DNA of 64,000 nt from positions 1-64,000 of the forward strand of contig JBLWGC010000216.1 in NCBI GenBank assembly GCA_048772705.1, given 5' to 3'. Shown here one piece after another: positions 31,129 through 44,063 of the stretch. Under the pieces are notes generated by a model, which saw nothing but the letters and a program-made list of their open reading frames with translations, was not told the origin of the DNA and did not search any database. The position numbers were made by a program, and so were the translations under genes. The DNA comes from Leidyana gryllorum EB-2025a (lineage: Eukaryota > Protista > Apicomplexa). The first letter of the stretch is position 1. Each line of letters opens with the position of its first letter.

Positions 31129-31556
31129 ATGTCCGGTATCGTTGTTAAAGACGAGTGCGTTAGCGAATGGAACAAGATGAAGCTCAAGCACGCCTACAAC
31201 TGGATTACCTTCAAGGTTCAGGATGAGAAGGAAATTGTCGTGGACCAGGCTGGCAAGAGTCCCTACTCCGAGTTTGTCTCGAAACTCTTACCGAACCAAT
31301 GCCTCTACGCCGTTGTCGAGGCGCCCGGCACGACCAAACTCGTTTTCATCATGTGGGCCCCCGACTCCGCTGGGGTGAAGGACAAGATGATTTACGCATC
31401 CAGTCGTCAAGGTGAGTTTCCTTCCAAGCCAAGCAGCAAAGGTCACATTGTTTTTCCTCCACAGCTCTACTGGGCAAGTTGGCAGGTTATTCCAAGGCGA
31501 TCCAGGCCTCGGATCTCGACGATGTGTCAGAATCTAAAGTCAAGCATTCTCTGTGA
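31129..31556 (+). CDS. ADF: Actin-depolymerizing factor/cofilin (intron 31412-31464)
   Basis: MSGIVV...KLVFIMWAPDSAGVKDKMIYASS...IQASDLDD. Confidence 0.93.
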
Positions 31557-33371
31557 GCATTCCACCACCTTGGCAAACAACACTGATACTGTCTGACCCT
31601 TTGAAACTTCGGTGGCTCTCCCCGGTTTTTGCTACCGACGCGATAGCAATCTTCGACCCGAACTGGATAGCCCGTTTCTTCAACCTTGCGACGATCCCTA
31701 AACCCATCAAGCGGGCTACTTCGCGCAGCATCTCCTTATTGCCAATCTCGCCGCCACACACACCGTTTCTGAACCCTAAGTCTTCCGATCGTCGCTCTGC
31801 TACCCATGCTACCACCTCGGCGTCCAAAAACGGATGAATTGCCCCGTGGATACCCGCCTCCAGAAGACACCTGTCATCGCGGCCCAAGTTGCGCTGCCAT
31901 AATCTCGACAGATCCTTCACTGTCTCGTCTCTCCAGGCAACCAGTCCGCCGTGCATCCAAGCAGTTTTGTACCTTCCGTAGCCTCCAAACAACTCGTCAG
32001 CCCCATTTCCACACCATAGTATTCGAGAATCTTCAGCCGCTGCGTTGGAAGACACAACTTCCGACTCGGCGTACTTGACGTTCCCAGATGTTAACCACCG
32101 ACTTGCGGCCTCCTCCCTTCTCTGCCGCTCCATCGCCTGTCTCTGAACTTTGCTGACCCCTAACTTGTCGTGGGCTACACACTTTGGGGCCTCCTCCACA
32201 TTGCCCCTTCGACCGCAACAGAACTTGCACGCCTCAAAACAACACCGTAGGGACGCACGATACTTCCCACAGAGAGCGCACATCTTTTCACGCCTTCGAG
32301 CATCAGTCTCTCCGGCAGCAGGAGGGGGTGGGCACAGAAAGTCTGGCAGCTCCTCAACCCATTCGGCCACCTGATCCACAGAGTCCAAACACAGCAGACT
32401 CAGGGCTTGCTGGACGGAGCTCACAATGGCTCCGCGCCGGAGAGCGCCAAAGTAAAGCGCGAGACCAATATTGATGTCCATCAACGTGTTACTCGGGCTC
32501 ACCACCGAGACCATTCCAGATTGCATTTGCTCCATTTCTGCGAATCAATAGAGATGCCAACAACTCAAAGTGAGTGACCTACCGGCATTGGAAACATCGC
32601 TCAAATGGAGCGTGAAGCGTTGCTGAGGGAACCTTTCGCACAATATAATAAATGAGAGTAAACTCGTCGCCCTGTCGGGTGCCGATGCCCCGGTGAAGGA
32701 GACGTTGTACAGCCGGATGTTATTACATCTTCCACTCTGCCCAAAGAACACAAAGATATCTCTGGCCACCCGGTGGGACGAGTTACCTCAGCGACGAGAG
32801 CGGCCAAAATAGAGCTATCCAGGCCGCCAGAGAAGAGTAAATCCACCGTATTCCTCGTCAGCTGCAGACCTTTCCGGCAGCTGGCCGATAAAAGATTCTT
32901 GAGCTGTTGTACTTGACTGCTCCAGTCCCCAATAGGCGAGACGGCCGGGGTCAGGAAGGGCAGCACGTCGGCGCGGGCCAGACTTACGGGTTGCCACCCC
33001 CCTTCGCCAGCCACCCACCACTGGATCTGATCCACCGGAACTTCTGTGTAGCCCAAATCTCGCGGATGTGAGCTCAGTCGCAGTATTGACAGCTTATTAA
33101 CCGTGTCAAGTCGATAAGTTAAGCTGCAGCGGCCAAAGGAGTCACGCAAGGCCATAACCGAGTCGCCATCGTTTCGCATTATAAGAGCTGCCCAGCCCCC
33201 ATATTGAGATTTGATGGCCTCCCAATCCCAGTTTTGACCTTCAGCGCCGCTCAGAAGGAGCTCCAGCAATGTGCGGCTTTCACCGAGATATCGCAGCAAC
33301 ACGGTCCATCCTCCTTGGCGAGCAGTTCGATTAAAGCTTTCTTGAGATACGTGTAGTAGGTGGTTGTGCAT
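31540..33371 (-). CDS. ASNSD1: Asparagine synthetase domain-containing protein (multi-exon, start uncertain)
   Basis: RDSFGRCSL, LLFSGGLDS, APDR, MDINIGLALYF, GNGADELFGGYGRY, RLWQRNLGRDDR and KKRAIQFGS. Confidence 0.85.
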
Positions 33372-33497
33372 TCTTTTTTTGAGCCGATCAATTACTTCGT
33401 CACCAAGTCGGGGACCTGCAGATTAGCACTACTGAAAAGGCTCTATGATGATCAGATCACTGGTGTTTGATATAGAAGTGTTGGGGCAAAGAGTAGA

Positions 33498-36400
33498 CTA
33501 AACTTTCGATGCTGCTGCTGCTATCTGTGCCAACTGGAAAGTACGCCGCTTATGCGGGGCCTGTTGCTTTTTGAAGTCTTGGGGAGCATGAAGCAGTTCG
33601 AAAGCCCCAGTGCCCACAGCCACCCTCTTGCCTAAGATGATTGCCTCAGAGACTCCTTGAACGTGCTCAGACTTTTTGTGTACGGATGCTTCGAACAAAT
33701 GTTCGTTGGTTTCTTCGAACGCAGCAATCGACAGCACCGAAGCTCTCATTTTTTGGATACCGAATCGACTGATTCCCAATACCTCCCCTCTAAGTTTCGA
33801 AATGACAATGGCCGGCAGCCAACTAACAGATATCTCACCTGAAGGTCATAACGTCTCCCAGCAGCTGCATATGGCGGATGTCGATGTCCATCGAGTAAGC
33901 GTCCATACATCCTTTGATCTCAGAGATGATGGTCTGTCTCGCGGCTTCGATACCCAGAATCTACGCAGATTAGATACATTTAGAGTACTGAAGTGAACTC
34001 TTACCGTTCGGACTTCCATAATGTTATTGCACTTTACCCTCAGCCCGTCAACACCGTCGACTGACATAATATCTCGTAGCCCTTCCCCCTCCACAGCGAG
34101 GGCATAGTGGTTGACCTTCTCTCCCGTTTCTGAGTTGACCCGTTCATCCTTCTGGATGACACCACGTCGGATGCTCTTGAGGCCACCCACACGGACACTC
34201 AGCAAAGCGTCCATTAGTGCGGTGATTTGGAACGACAAACCTTTGCCTCCCCCGGGAGGTTTGACAATGAGTTTCCATTTGTGTATCACATCGACGAGAT
34301 TGTCGCGGATCTTCATTCCTCCCACATTGCTCTGTTCGAGAATGGAGCTCCTCACGCTCTCGGCGTCGACATCCAGAAAACTCTCCTGAATCGTCTCTCG
34401 ATCCAGTCTCACGACGACCCAAGTTCCCTCAGCACATAGGACTTGTTTGACATACCGACAGATATCTCCCAATTTGGTGCACTCAATACGGCTTTTCACC
34501 ATCTGAGCAAATGCAAAACTCGTCTGATTCTTCAACAGAGGCACCTGAATAATCGGTGTCATAATCTTCGATGCGGCATTGATAATCTCTTTGATACGAG
34601 GGACACCCAAAGTGACGTTCATACTTGCGACACCAGCGAAGTGAAACGTCTTGAGCGTCATCTGCGTCCCTGGCTCGCCGATACTCTGTGCCCCAATTGG
34701 ACCAACGGACTCTCCCGGTTCAATCAATGCTTTGTTGTATTTACGCCACAGTAACCGGTGGAAATACAGCATGTGTCTGACGGAGACATAGGCTTCATCA
34801 CTAATTCGCCATCGACGGAAGTGAGAAGTGTCCTCATCTTCCGCCGCCGCTTCCGAACTCTTCTCCTCTTCCGGAGACTTCTCCTCTTCGTCCCTTTTCC
34901 GCTTACGTCTCTCCGACTCGCCGGGCCGACGGCGTTGTACAAACCACAGTCGACGTTCCAGGGGCGAGGTGATGGCCAAACGAGGATCGACTCTGTCAGA
35001 CTCTCTCACAACTCTCTTCTCCCGCAGATCGTCGCGATACTGTTTGATGATTTTCTCATACTCTATTTTGGACATCCCGGGGATTTCACCATTCCGTTGT
35101 CGAATTTCGGCGATCTCTTTCGCTTTCTTCTCACACCATTCCGCCAAATCTCGGCCAAAGTCACGAACCACTTTCGTTTGGCCTTGGTGGGTGGGGGGCT
35201 CAAGTTCGCTCTTCCGCGCACTAACTCGAATACTGTCCGGCTGTAACTCTTGCAGTTTGGGCCGCAGCCAATCGGACCACCTCAACAACTCGTACGGCAA
35301 CAATGGGGCCTCTCGTTTACCCTCTGAGAGCCATTGACTAATAACACAGTGGACAACCAGTTGTTCCCGGCACTGCCGCAACAGCACGTCGACTTCGGAA
35401 CCGATCTGTGCGCCACCGAGAGTCTCCAGGGCGGCTTCGACACCGCCGTTCTTCGCGAAATAGCACCCGAGAAATTGGATCTTTTGCTTCAGACTCCGTG
35501 GGAGGCTTGGATCCTCCGCTTCCGAGGAATCGATCTGCTTCAAAAGCCGTTGGAGATGATCCAAGACCACGAGATCCGTCGCAGGAGGGAGAATAACGTC
35601 AAAGTCGTCCACCAAACACCCTTCACTCGGGTCTCCAGTCTCGGTACTCGTGGTCGGCTGCTTCGAAGTAACTGGATCGCCTCCGGTCACCTTGGACTTC
35701 TTGGCCCCAGATTTAGCCGCAGCCAGAATGGGACGTTTTTTGCCACGTGAAGCCAACTTTGACTCCCACAACCGGTTGACGTGATCCGGATCCACCACTG
35801 ATTTCACCTTAGAGTCTCGGAGTTTGTCCATATGTATACGCGTCAGTGCTTTAACATGAACAAAGGTGGAATCCATATCGACCAACTTTGTTTTGAGCTC
35901 CATCAGTTGGGGATTGAGCCCGTCGTCACCGTAAACAAATTGTACAACTTGTCCATCGCTCGTGCGGACCGTTCGGTCATATTTGACACTCAGATCCTCG
36001 AGTGCTTTCACCAGTCTCCTCTGCATATATCCTGTATCTGCTGTTTTGACCGCTGTATCCACAAGACCTTCACGTCCAGACATAGTGTGGAAGAAGAACT
36101 CGTCAGGATCCAATCCCGTGTAGAAAGAATTTGCCACGAAACCCTTCGCCTTGGGAGACTTGCTGTCGTGCACAAGCCGTGGCCCGCCTTTGGGTCTGAA
36201 GGGTACTTTGTCTTCTGTGACAGAGCCTTCTTTGCCATAGTGGGGTAGTGTACGCCGATTGAACCCATCCCAGATACGCTTTCCGTTAACGTTCTGCTGA
36301 CCCACAAGCGCAATCATTTGCGCCATGTTGATGACCGCACCCTTAGCGCCACTCAGGAACATAATCAGGGGTTTGTTCAGAGGGTGAAGACAGTCAATAG

Positions 36401-38792
36401 CCATTTTACCATTGCTGTTACGCAAATCATCCAGTACCGCCTTGCTGTGAGACTCCAACGTTTGTTCCAATGTACTGCCGGGATCGGGAGGTAGCTGTCC
36501 TTCTTTATACTTGCGAACCAACTCTCGAACACGATCGTAGCCAGCCTCCAAGAGTTTCGCTTTCTCGGCCGTAATGATCTCCGAAGGAGTAACATCATCA
36601 ATACCAATAGTCATTCCTCGGTTGGCAAACCACCGCCCAGTCAGCTTGGCAACGCGACCCATAATTTCAGCGGCGATGTGTGGATTGTTATCTCGGATCA
36701 AATGGAAGAATAGACCACTCTTGCTGCCACCTCCCAACACCGTCTTTCCGGGTGCCCCACACATAAGCTCGCTCTGGCGGTATACAATGTACCCATCGTG
36801 AGGACACATGAATTTCGGCTCTCCTGGGTATTTCGGTTTCTGACAGTCTCTCTCCTTCACCTCAAAGTTCAGCATGATTTTGCTCTCACGGTTTGGCCTG
36901 ACCATGATGTTATACAACTGCTTCCCCGTCCACAATTCCACCGGTTTTAGGATGGCTGGAGGTGGCAGATCGATGTGCAACAACCCGTCGCTAAAGTAAC
37001 AACAGTACAATGCCAGTCGATCGCGAGTGATGAAGACATCTTTGTGACATATCATCCAGCTTCCGCTCAAGAAATCCTGGGTCGGTGCGATGAGCGGCTC
37101 GCCATTCTTGGGAGTCGTCAGATTATTCACCACTCCCATCAAGTACAAAGCTTCCGCTCTCGCCTCTTGCGTTTGGGGTAAATGGCAATTCATTTCGTCC
37201 CCATCGAAATCGGCATTGTACGGGCTGCACACGCACTCGTTGAAGCGGAGAGTCCGCCATGGCATAACCCGAGCTTTATGCGCCATGATGGACATCCTAT
37301 GTAGACTTGGCTGACGATTAAAGAGGACAACGTCATCATTGGCCATGTGGCGCTCGACCAAATCACCAATTGCCAAGCTAGCACTCATCATTCTCCGATT
37401 GACGTACTTCAGACTGCGACGAATGGTTTCACCTCTCTTGCACACACTCAAGGCGCCTGGCCACTCGTCGGGTCCATTCAACACTGCTTGCCGCAATCGC
37501 TCGATGTTGTAAGAACACACACGTTCGGGAAAGGTGAGACGCCGGGCGCTCCATTCCGGAACCACAACGCAGGGGATAGGGCAATTCGGATCGGGACTGA
37601 TGACCGTACGTCCGCTGAAGTCAACCCTTTTTCCAGACAGGTTGCACCGAAACCTTCCTTCTTTACCCTTCAGACGCTGAGCGATTCCACGACTATTGTG
37701 GCTACCGGACCCCCGATCCAACGCATTCATCACTGCATCCAATTGAGGGTAATCGGTGTTGATATATCGTGTACAGTGAACTTGAAGCTGTTCCGCCAAA
37801 CCCAAAGTGTGCTGAGACATTTTTCCTTCGATCACTTCCTGACGGAATCTGCGAGAAGCCTGTAGTGCGATGATGCGGATGATGTTGTGGCCACGAGGAG
37901 TCTTACCCCTATGATTTCTCTCGTGCACGCTGACAAATCGTCTTCACTGGTCCCAGCGTCTCCCAAGTTGATGGACGGACGAATGGCAGAGGGCGCAACA
38001 AGAAAAGTGTCGATCAGAAGGCGATCGGGTCGTGTTATATCCACGACCTCGCAGTCCATTGGGCTGATCTTGGCTAGAATTTGCATTACCGATTTGGGTG
38101 TCAAGTCCTCTTGAATTTTCTATTCACATCAGGATGAGGTGTTGGCAGAGAGGGGAATTGTGACTCACCACGATACGACCGTCGTGCTCCTTCTGCCTTA
38201 TCTCATGAACCAATTTCATGAACTTGTCGGGGGTTCCTTGGTTCACTCGTCTGAGCATCCCTTGAGCATAGCCACAATTCGGGCATTCACTGACTTTCTT
38301 GCATTCATTCACCAAGGCCTTGAAGATGGGTTTCTTAGCAACGGTATCTGACTTGTACTTGAGCATTCGCCTCAAGTAGGAACGCCGTGAAGCTTCGGGG
38401 AGCAGCAGAGTACTGCAGTTCTTGCAGAAGCAATATAAGATAGCAATAAGCCACTTGAAGTATCCAGGATGAAAGACTGGAATGGGCAATTTGACATAGC
38501 CCCAATGCCCGACGCACTCGTCCCAATTGCCACCACAAGTCTGGCATCGTCCAGAGTCATCCCGTGCAGCTCTGTTAGCTCCCAGATGGAGATCCATGGG
38601 ACCGTGGGGTACTGGTTTGGTGCCGCCAGCGGCATACATCTGCTCATGTGTGATTCGGACATTACTGTACTTGACTATCTCGGCGCTACTGAGAGCATCA
38701 AAAGTCAAACCCGTGATTTCCCAATTCCATGTTGTCTCATCCACCTTCTCCTTGAGCAGGAAGCTGTCATCTACACCATCCGCATCAGCCAT
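33498..38792 (-). CDS. RPC1: RNA polymerase III largest subunit (multi-exon)
   Basis: [44 protein letters not shown] and GVSEAIILG. No heptad CTD. Confidence 0.93.
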
Positions 38793-38813
38793 AGGCCGCA
38801 AAAAAAGTCACAA

Positions 38814-40516
38814 ATGACTCTACTGGCGGCCGCCCAACTCGGGCGTCGCCTTGGTGCCCTAAGCTTCAGAAATCCCATCAACAATCACTGGATCTCCAGA
38901 CCTCCCGTACGAACCTTTATCACACACCGAGCGCCATCCGTCACTCTTCCTAAAGTCACTCATGATCGGAAAGTGTTCTTCGGGAGCGCTCCAGCAGAGA
39001 CTGCCAAAACGGCTGAAGTCCTGACACTTGAGAATGGACTGCGCATTATCAGTTATGCAATGCCTCACGCCAAGAACATCGCCACTGTTGGAGTGTGGCT
39101 CAACTTTGGGTCGAGGAGTGAGAGTTTGGAAGAAGGTGGTGTAGTTCACTTTCTTGAACACATGACCTTCAAAGGAACCAAAACTCGAAGCAGAGAGGAT
39201 ATCGAGCGTTTCGTTGAACAGCGTGGAGCCCATTTGAACGCATATACCACGAAGGAACATGTGGCGTATTTCGCCAATTGTTTGAGTCGTGATGCTCCTG
39301 ATATGCTGGGACTCATATTCGACCTCTTGACCAACAGCAAGTTGGACGTGGGTGGCATTGAGACAGAAAAACAGGTCATCTTACGAGAGTATCGCGAAGT
39401 TGAACGTGTGAACGAGGAAGTCCTGTTCGACAAAATTCACGAACACGTGTTCGGCGATGCCCAACTGGGCCGATTAATTCTTGGAACGGAACGCCAGATT
39501 GCCCTAATGACGCGACCGCGATTGGTGAAGTTCATGTCCGAGATGTACAATCCAGAAAACATGGTGGTAGTTATAACCGGAGATCACGATCTCAAGAAGA
39601 TACTGAACGCTTGTCGATCCCAGGCGAAAGCACACAAAGTGCGCTCGGACCGTCAGCCGAACAGCGCTAAGGGTCCATCATTCCGCGCTGGTCGCCGGGT
39701 GTTCATTGACAAGTCTCCCGATGCACTGCAAACTAAGCCCATGCTGCTCCTTAGCGTGACGGCTCCTGGGCTGACTTGGGGAGACCCGCAGTTTTACAGC
39801 TGCATGCTGATGCGTCTGCTGCTCAGCAACGCTACTGCGCTGTCCGAGTCTCTCCCGCAGATGGGGAGTCGCATCAAAGTCCCGACGAGTCTGCCCATAG
39901 TGTCAAGTTTCGGACACCCGATATTCTATGACGCCTACTATAAAGACTGCGGCTTAGTGGGGGTTTACACTGGATCAGAAGTACCGGAGGATCTTGTCGA
40001 ATTATGGGCCGATATGGGGACTGATGAGGCTCTGGCGATGCCCGATTTCAAAGTATTGGCGAGAGAGCTGTTGAGTGTGAGCGCGGTGGACTTTGAAGAT
40101 CGAGTTCGAGAATTGGTGTCAAAATTGGCATCCGAATGGACAGAAGCCGATGTCGAACAGGCCAAGGAGAATCTAATTATCTGCTTCGCACAAACGTTGG
40201 ACAGTTCGAACTCGGCGGCGGAGGAGCTCGGCCGCCAAATGCTGTAAGTGAACTCGGTTACCCTCATCTGGTGGTATCAATGCTTTGATTTGCGCAGAGT
40301 GTACGGAAGGGCGTGTTCCTTCGATGAGATCAAAGAGGACATTCGAAAGGTGACCTTGAAAGAGATCCGAGATTTGGCGCACAGCACCTTCTCGCAAGAA
40401 GACGCCAAGGTGAGACTAATTAGGTTTATATTTAGATTTGGTTTGTTTGGTCACTATCATAGATGGCATCAACAGCTTTGCTGCGATTGCCACCAGCTGA
40501 GCATAGCACTGAGTAA
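38814..40516 (+). CDS. Mitochondrial processing peptidase beta-like (M16), two 3' introns
   Basis: Presequence-like N-terminus, TLENGLRI, HFLEHMTFKGT (HxxEH) and LNAYTTKE. Confidence 0.85.
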
Positions 40517-40688
40517 ATTGAGGGGTGTGTGTGTCTTCGTGCGATGAAAGAAGAGCCCCCCCGGCCTGCTCCATTGGGGCGCGCGCGCGTGAATGTGTGT
40601 GTGTGTGTGAGAGGAACGGCGCCTCAACACTTTCCAAACATGCGTCCAACATCTCAATAACAGCCGCATTCAATCAAGGAAGGAACAG

Positions 40689-41787
40689 TTACTCAGTAGT
40701 GGTATGTGACCGAGCTTGCTCGAGGATTTGATCCAATTGCGATACTGCTTCGGCGTTGGCTGACTGGGGGGGAGGGACCGCTGCCGGCCGGGGAGGTAGG
40801 ACAGCCTTGCGTGGGCGGCTATGCCTTTGAACGTGTCGCCTCTGCGGGAGATTCCGTGTCACTTTCTCCGCATTGGTCTTCCGTTGTAACAAGAACTGCA
40901 TAATCACACTACCACGAGCGAGTATCTGCTGTTTGCTCAACGCTCCCGCTTGTCGGATAACCTGTTAGGCACGAACAAAGAAGTGTCGTCAAGAGTGGTT
41001 TGTAATGCAATTTCTCACCATGCCGTCGACAAATGCTGCCAGATAGGATCTTCCGTCGCTGACCTGCCACTCCACAGGAGGCGTCTCCTCCATATCGCCC
41101 ATAGGGGCTGGGGTTGAGGCTGGCTCGTCATCGATCTGAGACAGTTGGCATGAGAGAGAGGAGTGGCGTAGTTGAGAACTCACCCATAAGCCGACCGGCT
41201 GTAGCGCCTGGTTGAGTACAGTTTTAGTCAAGAATGTACGATAGCCTCCCGAATTAAGTATCTGTGAGGTGAAAGTGAGATGACGCATGGTAGCAAATTA
41301 GAGGACTCACCAAATCTCCTGACGCGCCTTTAACGACTATTATATCCGTCTGCTTTAATCGCACCACGACGTCTCCGTTGTCTTGACGTGTGACTTCAGT
41401 AGCTAGAAGGGCAGCATCACTTGGTTGGAGACGATTCTGAGCCACTGCTCGAGGACGTTGCTGTGGATATGACGCCATATGAGGTGGCACAGCCTCTGCT
41501 TGCTGAGGAGGCGGAGGAGCAGCCCGCCGTTTCCGAATGCTCGTCGGCCCCCTCAAACTGACCAGACGATTCGGGTCATGATGGTGAGGTGGCGTTCGCG
41601 CACCACCCCCCTCCCGTCTGGTGTTGCTGTTGAAACGCAAGGGGCGGAATGCCCGGTTGCGTTCTGGTAACGTACCAGCTCCCTCAGTTGTTGCAGGAGC
41701 GTTCCGTTGAATCAGTTCTTCGAGAGACAAGTCTAGCTTTTCTGAAATTGCTGCTGGGGGCTCATCGAAAGACGTAGCCGGACCCAT
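40689..41787 (-). CDS. Hypothetical multi-exon protein with an N-terminal UAP56-binding-motif-like peptide
   Basis: SEKLDLSLEELI resembles the Aly/REF/Yra1 UBM. GT-AG junctions link the ORF pieces. Confidence 0.55.
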
Positions 41788-42177
41788 CAAACTCTCAATC
41801 CGTACTACACGAACCTGCTGCCGATTTCTAAGAATCTACCAGCAACTGCTTACGCGTACTAGAGATAGGAGTTTGGATTTCTTGGCTTCCTCAGACAAGA
41901 GCTCCAAATTTTCCCGTCCCCACTTGATCTACTTTTTTGCTCCTTCAAGAGTCCTCTTCAAGAAAACTCTCCCACTCAATAACTCTCGTACACACGACTC
42001 TGACCCTAACTGACCCTTCAGACATGGACAGCTACAAACCATTGTCACACTACCCCTTCAGATGTGCGCTCCGCGCCGAAGTGGCACTGAGGTTTTTTTT
42101 GTCATGCCACTCAGATGTAGTCAGTGTGTCATAGTTCTCTACGTCATCCCATGTAAAATTGTAAAGCTTTGCACACT

Positions 42178-43985
42178 CTACAGTGCGGCAGCCATCTCAG
42201 GACTAACGTCATTATGGTTGGTGATTTCGGGAACTGGCTCCTTGCGCTGACCCACTCCGGTCAGAACATCGTCAACCCTCATCAGCATAGCCGCCTGTCG
42301 CAAACGGATCTATGTTTCACACCAAGACATCATCAACTTACGCATTCGATCGCAGTCTTCAGGATCTGGGCCTTGACTGCATAAGTATCCCAAATGCCAG
42401 CAGCTTCTGCATCTGTCACTTCACCAGTCAAACCATTGACTCCCTTGACCCGACCAGCCTCGCCGCCGTGACCCGAGTGCTCAGACCGGAGCTGGGCGAT
42501 TGTACGCACTACAAACAAGCGCACGCGATGCGGTGGAGACACCAACGACATTACTTACCTATATCACAGCCACAGTTCTGTGCCAGAGTACGGGGAATGA
42601 CTTCCAAAGCCGAAGCGACAGCTCTGTAGCCCCATTGCTCCAATCCCGCGATTTCCCGACTCTTATCCATGAGTCTGGCGCTGAGCTCCATTTCGGCAGC
42701 CCCACCACCTGGAAGCAATTTGCCTTCCAAGAGAATATTTCTTGCAACGTTGAGTGCGTCGTGTAAGTTGCGCTCAATTTCGTTGAGCGAATCTTTGCTG
42801 CCTCCACGTAGCATGATAGTGCAGGCTTTGGGTTCTTCGCAATCGGTTAAGAAAGCCCAGTAGTCATCGTCGATCTTTTCCACCTTGAACAAGCCGCACT
42901 TAGTGCCCACATCTTCCGCAGTGAGTTCTTCGGTACGATTCACGATGGTGGCGCCGGTAACTTTTGCGATACGGTTTTGATCAGTCTTCTTAGCACGACG
43001 GATAGCAGTGATCCCTCTTTTGATCAAGAAATGGGCAGCCAGATCAGAAACACCCTTTTCCGTGATGACAAGATCACAACCCACACGGGCAATATCGTCA
43101 CACATCTTCTTGACTTCCTCTTCTTCTTGGAGGAGAAGTTTTTCGAATTCGTCTTCTTTGGTGATTTCGACGTTGGTCATACTTTCACCTTTCTTGTACT
43201 CGAGAGGACAATCGAGAAGGACAATTCTGGGGTTCTTGATGAGGCGTTTCATTTTGGCGTGTGTCACATCTTTATTGATGATGATGCCGGGGTGAACGGC
43301 GCAATCATCAATACTTCCACCGGGCAGCTTTTCGACTCTGGCGTAGCGTTTCACATCCACCTCACGTTTGCCGTTTGGTAGAACGTTGACGACAGTCTGA
43401 GCAGCTTTGAGAGCCATCTCAGTGATCTTCTTGCCCCATTGTGAGCTAAATTTGGTTTGCATCGAGGCCTCGATGACCTCCATTAGCTTGGCTTCGTCAT
43501 TGAGATCGAGTTGGGTGGAGACAGAATCGAGGATTTGCAGACTGTCCTCGAGAGCCTTGAAATATCCCTTCACAATCAGAGTGGGATGGATGTTCTGCAT
43601 GAAGAGGTCTTCAGTGTTCGCGAGGATTTCTCCTGCTAATATGACGACCGAAGTAGTACCATCTCCGACCTCTTCATCCTGAGCTCTACTCAGCTCGATA
43701 AGAGATTTGGCAGCGGGGTGGGACACGTCAATCTCTCTCAAGATGGCATTACCATCGTTGGTTATGGTGATACCTCCGAGCGGATCCAGGAGCATCTTCA
43801 GCATACTCTTGGGACCGAGTGTGGTTCGTACTATGCCCGCCACATTGCGTCCGGCCTAAATTTCAGTGTATTCGGGCCTCAGTGTACCTTCTTACCGCAA
43901 TATTAGCCAGCTGAGTCCGACGTCCTTGGTCCCGTTTGGCGCCCGGCGCCAAGACAACTATAGGAGCCCCACCTGGATTGAACAT
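42178..43985 (-). CDS. CCT3: T-complex protein 1 subunit gamma (multi-exon)
   Basis: RTTLGPKSMLKML, QDEEVGDGTTSV, LDCPLEYKKGES and RVDDVL. Confidence 0.95.
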
Positions 43986-44063
43986 GACCAAGCCGTATTG
44001 CCAAAAATTCGACTCAGTAGTGTTATTTTGTGCTCAAAAAGCTGCGGATCGAGTGGTGGTCAG

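Noticed and set aside
38469-38813. 115-aa N-terminal extension of the M16 peptidase ORF
   Set aside because: It is antisense to RPC1 exon 1. The presequence-like sequence begins at ATG 38814.
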